This document shows positions 11,177 through 24,142 of a stretch of 64,000 nucleotides of DNA, in pieces. The stretch comes from Cenococcum geophilum (lineage: Eukaryota). The notes beneath the pieces are model-generated. The model was not told where the DNA came from and made no database searches. It saw only the letters and a list, made by a program, of their open reading frames with translations. Every line of letters begins with the position of its first letter. The stretch's first letter is position 1. The DNA lies in NCBI GenBank assembly GCA_050273025.1, contig CP158635.1, positions 27,404,001 through 27,468,000 of the forward strand, read 5' to 3'. The position numbers were made by a program, and so were the translations under genes.

Positions 11177-12696
11177 GGTTATTTTTATTTTTATTAAATA
11201 TTAGAGGGTTAAGGAGCTTTTTAGATTTTATAGTAGGTACTAGGTTTATTATAAATATAGGTTAAGCTGCCGTTACTAGTTTAAGGTTTATATTTAATAG
11301 GTTAGGTTTATATATAGTTATTTTAATTTTATTTATAGGTGTTACTATTAGGGTTTTTAATATAAGTACTTTAGTATTATAGAGTTCTTTATATATTGCT
11401 TTAATTAATTACTAATACTAAGCTTCTAGTATAGTTTATTACTAGGCTAAGGTATTTATAAAGGACTATTATATTATAGTCATTTATTCCCTAATTAGGG
11501 CTATAATAGTTAATATAGCGGATTTAAGTTTATTTACTATTTTAAGGGTATTAGTATTAATATAACGTAATATAAGGGCGCGGAGAGACTTTAGGGAAGA
11601 TTTAAAGGAATAATATAAATTCTATCTAAATCTAAGGGTATATAGCTCTCGCTAAGAATAAGATATTATATAAAGAAGAGAATTATATAATTAAATAGTT
11701 AGGGGCTTAGTAGTTAATGCGTACGTATATATACACGCGGTCTTTAATAGACTTTAGTAGAATTTAATTAATCTAGCAGAATTTGGTTAAAGCGTCGGAA
11801 TTTATCTATTAAGTATTTTACTAAGACATTCCTACTATAACTAGGCTAGTCCTATTATAAATACTAATACCTATAGGGATAAGAGCGCGTTATTCTACGA
11901 AGGTAATATAGTTATAGTTATAGTTAGCTTAGAAAATATAAAGATAAATAGACCTAAGAAGAAATGAGACAATAAATAGGACGGCCCGTACCCTATACTT
12001 ATAGTATACTAAGGGGCAGTTATAGTAGACCTCCTAGACTATATCTAAGTAAATAAATCCTTTTATATATTTAAGGTCCGCCTCTAGGCTGCTAAAAAGA
12101 TCCTTAGCTAAGCAAATATTAATACTATAGAGCGCCGCAATATATAAGGACAAGTAGTAGAGAGAAATAATAATGGTAATATAGAAGATAAATAGGAGTT
12201 TAAGAAAATCCTTAATATATATAACGAAGACCCCTAAGGCCTAACTTATAAGATTAAATGGAAATATTATAAGATATAACCTAGTAGCTAAAAAAAGACT
12301 TAAAGGGTTATAACATCAGCATTTTGTTGGGGTGCCAAGATCCTGATCGTCCTGACAGGCTCCTGGCAGGATTTTGATTTTCCTGAACGTCTGAACGTCC
12401 TGAACGTCCTGAACGTCCTGATGTCCTGAACGTCCTGATGTCCTGAACGTCCTGAACGTCCTGATCGTCCTGGTCGTCCTGACAGGCTCCTGACAGGACC
12501 CTACCATCCTGATGCGCTCCTGACAGGAGCCTCTTATCCTGATGCGATCCTGACAGGAACCTCCCATCCTGATAGCCTCCTAACAGGAAACTAGTATTTC
12601 CTGATCGTCCTGTCAGGTTCCTGGCAGGAGCGACACCCCTCCCAACACCCCCCCCCCCCAAAGCAACACCCTATGCACACCCCTCAAGCAACACTA

Positions 12697-13330
12697 AGGC
12701 TCTGCACGAGGCTCTACACGAAGCCCTACACGAAGCTCTGCACGAAGCCCTACACGAAGCCCTGCACGAAGCTCTGCACGAAGCTCTGCACGAAGCTCTG
12801 CACGAAGCTCTGCACGAAGCTCTATACGAAGCTCTACACGAAGCTCTGCACGAAGCTCTACACGAAGCTCTACACGAAGCTCTACACGAAGCTCTACACG
12901 AGGCTCTACACGAAGCTCTACACGAAGCTCTACACGAGGCTCTACACGAAGCTCTACACGAAGCTCTACACGAAGCTCTGCACAAAGCTCTACACGAAGC
13001 TCTGCACAAAGCTCTGCACAAAGCTCTACATGGGGCTCTGCACGAAGCTCTGCACGAAGCTTTGCACAAGGCTCTACACGAGGCTCTACACAAAGCTCTA
13101 CACGAAGCTCTATACGAAGTTCTACACGAAGTTCTACACAAAGCTCTACGTATAGAGGCTCTGCATAAAGCTCTGCATAAAGCTCTATACGAAGCTCTAT
13201 ACGAAGCTCTATACGAAGCTCTACGCAAAACTCTATACAAAGCTCTACACAAAGCCTATATACTACAAAGGCTCTACACAAGGCTCTGCGCAAAGCTCTA
13301 CATATAGAGGCTCTACACAAAGCTCCGCAT
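12697..13330 (+). repeat. 12-bp minisatellite (acgaagctct(g/a)c), about 50 units
   Basis: Directly visible; source of the EALH/CRAS/YTKL repeat ORFs. Confidence 0.95.
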
Positions 13331-13754
13331 AACACACATTACTATCGGGTCCCCGCTATGTTCCCAATAGCCGACACGTGCCTCTGCCAAGTTACCCCTT
13401 TATAGCCACCTTATTTTTTACCCTTCCTTACATCCTCCCTACCTTAGGAGGCACTAGAACGGCAGCCAGCAGAGGACCGTCGCCAGAACCAGACGACCGT
13501 TGCCAGAACCAGACGACGACCGTTCAAACAACCAGCCGGCAAACACCACAAACGATTTAATTAATTAATCGATCGAATTGAACCAGAGCTTTAATATCGG
13601 CCCGTCACCAAATCGAATTAAGGCCTCCTAGGGAGGTACCCCAGACGGCTACCGTTCGAATATACAGCTAGTGAACGGCTATAGAGAACAATTCGAATCA
13701 ATCAGAGCCTTCGATTAGGCCGACTCCTCCCCCAAATTGAACCAGACACTAACG

Positions 13755-13872
13755 CAGGCAGGCAGGCAGGTAGGTAGGTAGGTAGGTAGGTAGGTAGGTA
13801 GGTAGGTAGGTAGGTAGGTAGGTAGGTAGGTAGGTAGGTAGGTAGATAGGCAGGTAGGTAGGTAGGCAGGTA
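13755..13872 (+). repeat. (TAGG/CAGG)n microsatellite
   Basis: Directly visible. Confidence 0.95.
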
Positions 13873-14343
13873 GAAGAGGACCATTGCCAGAACCATACGA
13901 CCGTCGCCAGAGCCAGACGATAATCGTTTAAACGACCAGCCAGCGAACACCACGATCAATTCAATCGATCGATCGAATCGAACCAGAGCCTTGATATCAC
14001 CCTATTACCAAATCAAATCAAATCAAGGCCTCTTAGGGAGGTACCCCAGACGACCACCATTCAAACGTACAGCCAGCGAACGCCCATAGAGAACGATTCG
14101 AGTCAATACAATCAATCGCAATCGAATCAAGCAGAGCCTTCGATCGGGCCGACCTCTCCCCCAAATTACAGGCACAGACAGGTAGGCACAGACAGGTAGG
14201 ACAGGCAGGACAGGCAGGCACTAGGCCTAGTTAGGAAATCAGTACACGGCCGGCGGATCATCGGGAACACCGCCAATTAACGATTTGGAACCTCTGCGAG
14301 GGCCTTCCCCTCGTCTCCTCAATCAATCGCGACGCAGGCAGGT

Positions 14344-14374
<31 letters not shown>

Positions 14375-14970
14375 TACTAGACCTGGTTAGGGCAGAAAGG
14401 ATTTAGATTATTTAGATTCCTTAAAGTATCCTATATATAGAATTGGGTCTAAAATTAAACTGGTTTTTATATTTATTAGCTACCAGTAAATACGAGGGCG
14501 TTAATATACCTTATTTTTAAATTTAATTTTTAAATTATTATCCTAATTGTCCTAATGGTCCTAATTGTCCTAATTATCCTAATTGTCCTGATGGTCCTAA
14601 TGGTCCTAGAGGTCCTAATAGTCCTAAAGGTCCTAGAGGTCCTAGAGGTCCTAGAGGTCCTAGAGGTCCTAAAGGTCCTAGTAGTCCTAGTGGTCCGAGC
14701 GACCTCCTAATAGGTTCCTAACAGGAAGCTAAGTATAAGTGTCTTCTGGAGCTCCTGGCAGCCCTAATAGGAGCTATTAGGAACCTATTAGTACTATTAG
14801 AAGGCATAAACATTTTCCTGATGAAATAAGCTATATAGCGCTTTTATAAGTAACACCCTAAGAAGCTAAGACCCCTAGACTAGGTATAAAATAAGGAAAA
14901 GTTACGCTAAGGTTATAGCCGACCACTATATTAAAATTTATGGTAGTTAAAATATTATAGAACTTTAACT

Positions 14971-17900
14971 TATTGGGAATAGGGCAAATTGCCGCTATAT
15001 AAGGCAAATTGCCGTCACGTAAGGCAAGTTGCCGTCACGTATCGCCGCGGCACTACCGTAGCGAGGAACCTTAAGTTCCTTAACCCTTACCCCTATTTAT
15101 AAAAAGAAGAACAACAACTATTATACTATCTACGAACCGTAGCTACGTGATATCCCCTTATGAGTCCAACACTAATTAGTAGTTAACTTTACAGTTATAT
15201 TATAGAATAGCTAGGTATTCACCAAGAAGAGATAAGCTACTATACTAGTGCTACTTATGCTAAGGGAAGCTGTCTTTTAAGGTTAGAACTGGTCCTAAAC
15301 CTTAAATAGAACTCTTCTATAAATCCAAGAATCTAAAGGCCAGAACTGGTCCTAAGCCTTCCCTAGATTATAGATTCTTGCGTCCATTACACAGAATAAC
15401 ACGCTTTATAAGTCTTCGCGATTTAAGGCTAAAACTAGTTCTAAGCCCTATAATCGCAAATATATATTACAAACGCGTACTAAACGACAATCCCTATACC
15501 ACTAATATTCCCTTCCTCTAAAGATATAACTATGGCCACTCTAAATAACTAGAGAGACTCCTTACTACTAGGGGTAGCTATATACGCGAAACTTATTAAT
15601 AAAGATTGGGACGTATTTACCTTTAATATAATAACCTATACCGTAAAACAAGTTAACGGCTTTCTCTTATACCATATTCTATTCTACCGAAATAGCTACT
15701 ATACCGATTTATAGTTATGGGAATACTTTAGGGAGGATTTTATAGGATAAACCGCCGATACTTGGGCACTTAGCAATATTAATATTATTTAGGATTTTTA
15801 AGACTCCCTCTAAAGGAATAGGGTGTATATTACTAAGGACGGTAACCCAATTACTAGTAATATTTACGCCGTTTTTACTAGTATAAAAGAACTAGTATAG
15901 ACGGAAGCTAAGATTATATATTAACTATAGAAACCCAAAACTAACCTATATTCTTTAGAAGGCAACTTTAATTTAGAACGAAACCCCTAGAACACTACTC
16001 TCCTACCTAAAGGTACTCTACTACCTAGAGGTGCTCTTCCTCTACCTCTATTACCTCTAACTCCTCTATCCTAGCCAACCAATAAGCCTCTATCTTAAGA
16101 AGTCACAAATCTAATAAAGGTATATTTGGACGAAGAGAAGAAGTTTAGAGGAGAATTATATGATATACTTGGAGTAAAACTATAGGTCTTTTATAACTGC
16201 TATAATAAGGTTAAAATTTAACGCCACTAGTTCCATTATGCTTTCTCTATTATATTAAAGGGATAGGCGGTAACGTTTTATTACAACTATATTATAGGTA
16301 AAAACTATAGCTTTAATATAATGCTTTAGCTTACTAGAGCCTACTTTAAAACTAATAAAAACCGCTAACTCTATATATTTAAATAGCGGGAGACTATATT
16401 TTAGAGAGTTATTGCTTCTAACCTAATAACGACTTACCTAGAGTGCCTTTAACTACTCTTTAATAAACTCCAGAAAATCTAACGCGGACTTACTAAAACT
16501 TACTAAAATAAAAACAGCCTAAGGGACTAGGTTATCTTAGCATGCTATAGCGTTCCTAAGTGTAACTTAGCGCTATATAAACCTATAGACATATTTAAAG
16601 GAGTATATACCGAGCTACGCTCCGCTATAGGTACTATAATATAAATATAAGAATCTTAATAGCTTTATACTAAAAGCCCTACCTAACTAAGTATTCCTAA
16701 CTAATATAATTACAACTAGACTAATCGAATATATAGCGGCCGTGGTAGGGAATACGGCAAAGGGTACGATTAACGTTAACTATAAGGTAATTATGGAGGT
16801 CCTTATAGAGGTTTATTTTAAAGTAATTACTAGAAGAAGTGCTACGTTTATAAGAAGCCAAATTGCTGGTTAACTAGACACTCCCTTAATAAGCGAAAAG
16901 AGGTATATAATAAGTTCCGTCAGAGTATAAGAAATGTTAGAAATTGTAAGGTTACTGTAGCCTACTTCTAAAGCTTCCTAGTTTAATATAAAGGCGTAAA
17001 AGACTTTAAGGGTGAGGTTAATGAGACTGAACAGCTCCTTATAAATATGGAAATTAAGGACTACTTACCTAACCAATACTTTACTAAATATAGTGAGGTA
17101 AATAGTATATAAACCGTCGCTGTTCTTAATAACTAATCTACGCTCCATTTTATTATAAAGTTAGATATCTTTAATAAGCTAAAGGAGAGCTCCGCGTTTT
17201 CCTTTAATGACAGATACTCGGCGAACGTCTTTTATAGTATTATGCCGGATACTAGAGCCGCAGGAGTATCTATAGCAGGAGAACCTCAAGTTTAAGCCCT
17301 TTAGCAGCTTAATAGCTCTGTTTAGATTGACTATTTAACGGCAGGCTAATACACGATTCGTTTTGGTAAAGGTACTATAATCTCTCTCGGCATAATTAGG
17401 GTTTAAACCCCCTTAGGGTATATTACTTTTTACGTTGTTCCCACGAATACCCTATTTCTATTTTACATTAAAGATATAGATAAACTGGGCGTTAAGCTTA
17501 ATAACCTTAAGAATATACTCGTGCAGGGAGATAATTGGGTGCCTATTATACGTAAGTAGGGTTACCCTTAGCTGCTCCTTTAACAACTAGAAAAGAATAT
17601 TACTTAGAGCCATTTAACTAAGTTAGAGTTACGCCAACTACACCGTCGTTTTGGTCACCTATTAGTTTATTAATTACTTAGGGTTCTTTAGCGAGTAGGC
17701 CATAAAGTTAAGGTTAAGGCAATTAAGCATCTTATAAAATACTGCTACTACTACTAAATAAACCAGAGGTCCCCTAGCCGATTTAAGTTTACCCTTAAAG
17801 ATAACTACAACTTTAACTTCTGTATTATCGTTGACGTTATATACCTTAGCGGTAAGCTAGTACTCTAAGTTATTGACTTTTTAACCTCCTTCTAAGCCGC

Positions 17901-20900
17901 ATAATTCTTAAAGGATATGTTAGCTAGGAATATATAGGATACCCTTTAGTTATACTAGATTGATATTTACCTAGGACCCCCTAATTAAATCATCTATAAT
18001 ATAGGAAAGAACTTCTTATTTATAGAGTTCCGACAATAAATAAAGGTAATGGCAATTAAGGTTAAGGAAGTCCCTGTTAAGGCATATAATAGTATCGGAA
18101 AAGTGGAGTAATATTACACGCTATTACGCCGCGTATATAAGATTATCTCTTTAGAACTAAAGGACGCTAGCGAAGAACTTACCTTGTAAATAGCTGTTAA
18201 AGCTATTAACAATTCCGCTAGCCTAGATAGACTTATACCTACGTTGCTAGTCTTTGGCGCCTACCTATAAATAACTAACGATTCTTTACTATCTCCCTCT
18301 ATTATATAATGAGCTAAGGCGATTTATAAGATAATAAAGGAGGTATAACGCCTTTATGCTATACGCTAGGTTAATAACGTACTAGGAATAAGAAATGGCC
18401 CAAATATCTTAACTACGCTCGATCTGCTACTCTAGTCTAAAGTACGCGTATGGCGTAAAAGGGGAGGATGGTTAGGCCTATATTAACTTATTATAATTAA
18501 TGGTTAAACTTATACTATTTAGATGCCTTACGGACCCACCTAATTCCGTTTAACTGTTATTAAGCCTTACTATAAAGATAACAATTCCGAGCCTTTATAG
18601 GATGCCCTAGAAGATGCCCTAGAAGAGAACTATAACTAATATGCTCTAGAAGGCGACTACGATCCCGATATAATTATAGTAGATGTGCTATAACTATAAC
18701 GCGGTAGAGGTCGCCTAAAGGGATTATAAAATCGCTAACACCTTGTTAATTTTAAAGAACAATTTATTGCCGCCATTGAGAATGAAGTTAAGTTATTAAT
18801 GGCCTTTATAACAGCTAAAGAGAAGGCTAACTTTAAGCTCGCAAAATAGCTTTAAAAGGAAGGTTATATTATAACCCTAGGAGCTCCTTTTTAAGCATCT
18901 AATAAGTAGAAGATTAACGGTTTTATTACAAGAGGAGTCTTTAAATTTAAGAAGTATGACCCTACTAAGTTTGATAGAATTCGCATCTTTAAGTTAAGAA
19001 TGGTTAACAAGATTAAGGGTAAAGCTACTAACGCCCCATTTAAGAAATTAAGGCTTATTATCTAAGGTTATAATAATAATAGTAAGGAGGTAATTCTTAC
19101 GCAATCTCCTACAATATAACAAGCTAGTTAGTAAGTTATTATTATACTAGCTTCCTCCTTAATAAAGAATAGAATGGTAGTTTATTTACGAGATATTACT
19201 TAGGCCTATACCCAATTAGAGACGCGCCTTTAGCGCTTAATACTAGCATACCTTCTAGAGTAAATTCGCCACTAATATCCCAAAGATATAATTATGGTTA
19301 TACTTAAGCCACTATATAGAATTGCAGAAGTAGGAATTTATTAGTGGGCTACCTATAGCAAGCACCATAAAGAGAAGCTTTTAATGACTACTTCTATATT
19401 TAATCCCTGCTTTCTCATTATAACTACGGGAACTCTATTTAGAATTGTTAGTATGTAAACTAATAATATAATTATCTTAGGAGACGACTAATTTTTAGCT
19501 CTTAAAGAAGATGAGCTAGTGAAGGTAAATCTTATAGCAAAGCCAAAGGAAAAGCTTAGTTTAATAACACTATTACTCTTTAATGGATGTATCCTCTCCC
19601 TAAACAAGGATTCTATTACTCTACGCCAGAAGGGTTAAGGTAAGAAGATTAATGTTATTAATGCTAATTCTCTAAAGTAAGGATATATAGAGTAACGCGC
19701 TTGTAGAGCTTATATTACTTTTATCTATTAACCTAAGGCTTTATTTAATCTCTTTGTTGCCGCCTAATACCAGAAACTAACTAAGGATGATATCCTTACC
19801 CTAAATAAGCGTCTTTTCTGGTAAATGAACTATCTTAATTAGGGACTACTCTACGTGCCTATTAATCTTCCTACCGCTAAGCTCTTTGTATTTGTTAATG
19901 GATTATTTATAAATAATAAAGATTTTAGCTCCTAGTTAGGATATAAGATTATTATTATAAACGAATTTACTAGAGAGAATAACTTTATAATCTATAGCAA
20001 TCTTATCTATTAGAGCTTAACTAAGAGTAAGCGCGTTACCTAAAGTGTTTTGGTATTAGAGATATATAGAATAGTTAGCGGAGTTAATATGGTAATTGCA
20101 ATTAGAACTACCCTAAAGATAATTATAGATTAACTCAAACTTTCCGTTATTCCTATAATTATATACACCAACTTATATTCCCTCTATAAGTGTTTAGTTA
20201 AGCTTAATACCATAAAAGAGAAGCGCCTTATAATTAATATTATAGCACTTTAGTAATCCTATAAGCGTTAAGAACTCTTTAAGATTTAATAAATTAATAG
20301 CCAAGATAACCCAGTAGATGTAATAATAAAGGCGAACCTAAATAAGGCACTAGAGACGTTTATTAATATAAATACTCTATATATACGAGTTAAAGGTTAG
20401 GTTAAAAGGGAGTCCCTAAAAATTTCTTAGTTATGTAAAGTCTTAAGATATCTAGGAACTTCGACCGGCGGTTAAAGTTATTTAATTAGTTAAATTCTCT
20501 TGCTAAGACTTTTTGGAGCATAATATTCTGCAGACCCTAACTTAATTTAGCCAATTAGGATTTTCCATCCCCGGGATAGAAAATCGCTATTAGCTCGCTT
20601 ACTACTAGCGCCTTAGCAGCCTACCCGTCTTCGCCAACTGCTGCATTATTATATAGTATTTGGTTTTATCGTATACTATCTAGTATTGTTATATCCTGTC
20701 TGTTTATATATATATAAATGGCAACTATAAAAAGAAGAGTTGCTAGTATTAGGAATAGGGCAAATTGCCGCTATATAAGGCAAATTGCCGTCACGTAAGG
20801 CAAGTTGCCGTTATGTGTTGCCGTGGCACTACCGTAGCGAGGAACCTTAAGTTCCTTAACCCTTACCCCTATTTATAAAAAGAAGAATAATAACTATTAT

Positions 20901-20947
20901 ACTATCTACGAACCGTAGCTACGTGATATCCCCTTATGAGTCCAACA
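14971..20947 (+). mobile_element. Full-length GalEa-type Copia C (RIP-inactivated)
   Basis: LTRs at 14971-15171 and 20747-20947; ctaattagt (CTGATCAGT) after the 5' LTR; gag ATG ~15532; integrase LHRRFGH at ~17638; RT GMQTDD at ~19450; RNase H ~19880-20350; 4-bp TSD aact. Confidence 0.93.
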
Positions 20948-21379
20948 AACTAGCGGTTAAAGTTATTTAATTAGCTAGATTCTTGCCAAGAAACGCCATA
21001 TAGATTAATTTAGGTGGCGGTATAAAGTTCTACTAACCTTACTCGCTAAACTAACTAATTAGGATTTTCTATACCCGGTATGGAAAATCGCTATTAGCTT
21101 AGTTAAGGGCGGTAAGCGAAATTAATATCTTTGTAGTAAAAAATAGGCGACCCTATATACTACCTATTTTAGAGTTATTTATTTAGTTTAGGGACTAAAC
21201 TATCTAGGGGAGAGGAGTACTGTTACAGCATTAACCTAACGCATACTATTTTATACTATCTCGTACTATCTTATACTATCTTATACTATTAGCTGGCCTA
21301 CTACTAGTGCCTTAGCGGCCGGCCCTGCTATTTATATATAATACCCCCTTTCTACCTTCTTCTCCTCTTTATACCACAA

Positions 21380-22711
21380 CGTAGTTATTTAGTTTACTTT
21401 ATTATAGCACTATAATATTTGCTAATTAAATAAAGTAGTTAACGGAACTATTATAAAGTAAATTAGCGTACGCTTAAACGGTATAGAAATAGCATATAAA
21501 TAAAGGACGAGCTCCTATATAGGACTTTAAGGAAGGTAATATAGTTTACCTAAATATATAAAACCTAAAGACTTAATAACCCTTAAAGAAACTTAATTGG
21601 AAGTTTATAGGCCTATACTAAATTAAAAAAAGACTAAGCCCGTATACTTATAAGCTTAAACTACTAACTAAGATAAAAATATATCTAATATTTTATATAA
21701 GCTTACTATAACCTTTAAAGGGTAAACCTATAACTCGTAAAGTACCGCCACTACCTTCTATAATTATTAATAATGGTAACAGTTCTTCCTTTATTAACTT
21801 AATTAACGATATATAATAGAAAATATAATCTAAATAATTTAAACTCCTTATTAAGTGGGAAGGATATAAAATATAAACTTAGGAAACCTATAACCAGATT
21901 AAAACCGATACGCCTTCCCTAGTAAAAGAATTTTATAAAGACTATCCTTTACGGCCTACTTTAGCTAAATAGATATAATATAAAGGCAAACAACTACTAC
22001 TTAATATAAATATATAAAATATAATAGCAGAAAGCTTAAAATTAAAAAGAACTTAAAATACGTTATAACGTTTATAATATAATTACGTAATATATAAGAT
22101 ATTAAGGAACTTTAACCGCTAGTTAAAGTTATCTAATTAGTTAGATCCGCCTTACTAAGACCTACTATAAAGATATTAGTTCTGCTTACCGCCTTAACTA
22201 AGCTAATAGTAATTTTCTATCCCGGGGATAGAAAATCCTAATTAGCCTATTTAATAATAGAATTAGTAAAACTCTATACCGCTACCTAACGCAACTATAT
22301 AAACGCGATAAGTAATAAGTCTTAACTAAATTAAATTATTTTAAACCTTTGGTTAAAAGGGGGGGTTCTATAACGGGACTAGCCCAGTTATAGTAGGAAT
22401 ATCTTAGTAAAACACTTAATAGATAAATTCCAACACTTGTCCAAATTCTACCAAATTCTACCAGCTTAATTAACTTTTACTAAGTTCTACTAGATCTATT
22501 AAATTCTACTAAAGTCTATTAAAGACCGCGTGCGTATATACGCACGCATCGGCTACTAAGCCCCTAACTATTTAATTATATAATTCTCTCGTTATTCCTT
22601 TCTCTTCTTTACGTAACGTCCTGTTCTTAGCAAGAGCTATATACCCTTAAATTTATATAGAATTTATATTATTCCTTTAAATCTTCCCTAAAGTCTCTTT
22701 ACGCCCTTATA
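21380..22711 (+). mobile_element. Gypsy element F (right copy), 3' fragment: integrase tail, chromodomain, PPT and 3' LTR 22369-22711
   Basis: De-RIPped KTRRPSKKLDWKFAGPY at ~21570-21620; LIKWEGY at ~21848; PPT aaaaggggggg at 22355-22365. Confidence 0.82.
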
Positions 22712-23256
22712 GGTACTAATAAAAAGCTCTCTAATACTATTAGCTAAGATATAAAACTAGTACTTATATAAAACTATAAAGGCCTATAGAAGAATACTAG
22801 GCGCCGTATTAGAACACAATATAGTAGTTTTACTACTAGACTTATATATTAATATAACCACTATATAAAGAGTAGTTATAGTATAAGGAATAAGATATAT
22901 ATAAGGAGCGAGTGCCCCTTAAAAAGGCGATATACTTAAGTATACTAGCTAGAAAGCCCTCTATATATAAATAGTAGAGATATAAAAACTATTAACTTAC
23001 TAGGCGGAGACCTAGCGCTATAACGGTAATAGAGGATAGGAGGCTATTAGTATAGATAGAGATCTACTATACTAATTATAAGATAGGCAGATCTTAAATA
23101 AAAGCGACAATAAAAGGAGATAGTAAAAATATAAGATGTAACTGTGTGGGATACCCTATAGTTAATACTAACTCTCCTCCTATATAAAAGACTAATAAAG
23201 GTAGAATCTATAGCCGCCTTTCTATTATAGATAGAGGTTTTAGGCCTAAGTATATA

Positions 23257-23480
23257 TGTAAGCTTTACAGTGTGTAGAATTAAACGAGCAACTTTATTGT
23301 AAAGCTATGGAAGTCAAGAGGTATATATACATGAAATGGTGTAGGTAATAAGATAAAATAGGGACAGTGATCTGCAAGCAATATTGATCTGCAATCAATA
23401 TATAGGGTGGCGTTAACGCTGTCTTGGATCCTTCCAAGCGGTGATCTTATATCTCAGCACAGTGTCGGTAGTCGGTTACA
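23257..23480. mobile_element. Solo LTR (224 bp), family not otherwise present in the window
   Basis: tgtaag...gttaca ends, atata on both sides (23252-23256, 23481-23485), weaker RIP than its flanks. Confidence 0.7.
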
Positions 23481-24000
23481 ATATAGTTAATAAGCATCTA
23501 TATTTTAAATACTATACTTTAATACTTATACGGATAGCCTACTTAGTGTAAGAGTATATATATTAGATCCCGCCGCGCTTACGAACAAGTTCGCAAGCAC
23601 TCCGTGTCTTTTTGGCCAAATAGCGACGTTGGGGCGGGAAACATTACACTTAGTTAGTACGCTATATACTACTATTCTATAGCTACTGTTTAGTAAGGGA
23701 CCAGCTACTTACTAGCGTAGGTATAAATAATATTACCTAGATACTCTCTATAAGTAGGGGCCTATAAGTAATAGTAAAATAGCTTATAAGCTAAGGAATC
23801 CTCTAATAGTTTTAAATAGTATATAAGATCTAATAGGAGCTAGGTGAAGGCGGAGCGTATAGAACTAGCTAAAAGGAAATACTTTAGTTTTTCCCCTTAT
23901 AGAGCTTTTTTTTATATAGAAAGGTAGTAGCCTATATAGACCTAAAAAGGGACTAAATTAGGTAATAAATAGAATTAATATAAATAAATAAATATCTATA

Positions 24001-24142
24001 TAAAGCTTTATGTATAAAGGCTCTGCGCAAGGCTCTATACAAAGCTCTATACAAATCTCTATATAAAGCTCTATATAAAGCTCTATATAAAGCTCTACGC
24101 GGAGCTCCGTATAGGGCTCTACGTAAGGCTCTACCTAAAGCT
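24001..24142 (+). repeat. RIPped copy of the 12-bp acgaagctctgc minisatellite
   Basis: Units such as ggctctgcgcaa, agctctatacaa and agctctatataa. Confidence 0.85.

Larger units (their letters stand above)
9507..11859 (-). mobile_element. Gypsy element F (left copy): 5' LTR 11571-11859 and start of RIPped gag, interrupted by the mini-element and by Copia B
   Basis: 11571-11859 is the reverse complement of the LTR at 22369-22711. The de-RIPped minus frame across 11230-11177/9538-9507 reads KLPDPPMFDG..NLRPFVTKL-like (Ty3 gag). Confidence 0.72.
12314..14823. mobile_element. Non-autonomous DNA transposon with CATCAG termini and 2-bp TSD (AA), CMC/CACTA-like
   Basis: catcagcatttt...aaacattttcctgatg; aa at 12312-12313 and 14824-14825. 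Removing the element and one aa restores the host chromodomain frame. 9-bp subterminal arrays at 12340-12630 and 14540-14800. Confidence 0.82.
11860..21340 (+). mobile_element. 3' fragment of Gypsy chromovirus X (integrase C-terminus, chromodomain, 3' UTR), split by two insertions (host pieces 11860-12313, 14824-14970, 20948-~21340)
   Basis: De-RIPped KTNRPKKKWDDKWDGPY at ~11940-11990 and YKIKW at ~12247. The frame continues across the 12314-14823 insertion to HPEKPGPPDW. Confidence 0.75.

Noticed and set aside
12308..12661. 117-aa and 83-aa ORFs with QDV/SGR repeats
   Set aside because: They are translations of the 9-bp subterminal array.
12671..13335. ORFs of CRAS/EALH/YTKL/RVEL repeats (up to 213 aa)
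   Set aside because: They are open in several frames on both strands because the 12-bp unit lacks stops; there is no unique coding sequence.
13755..13872. Possible telomeric repeat
   Set aside because: The unit is TAGG/CAGG, not TTAGGG, and it lies inside a transposon.
20445..20600. Hammerhead or other self-cleaving ribozyme reading of the 3' UTR module
   Set aside because: I could not place a CUGANGA/GAAA core with three stems even after de-RIP; the palindromes are simple and one is orientation-independent.
22712..23256. Possible RecQ/telomere-linked helicase or LINE remnant
   Set aside because: Only vague Cys-containing fragments appear; no convincing motif in any frame by eye.
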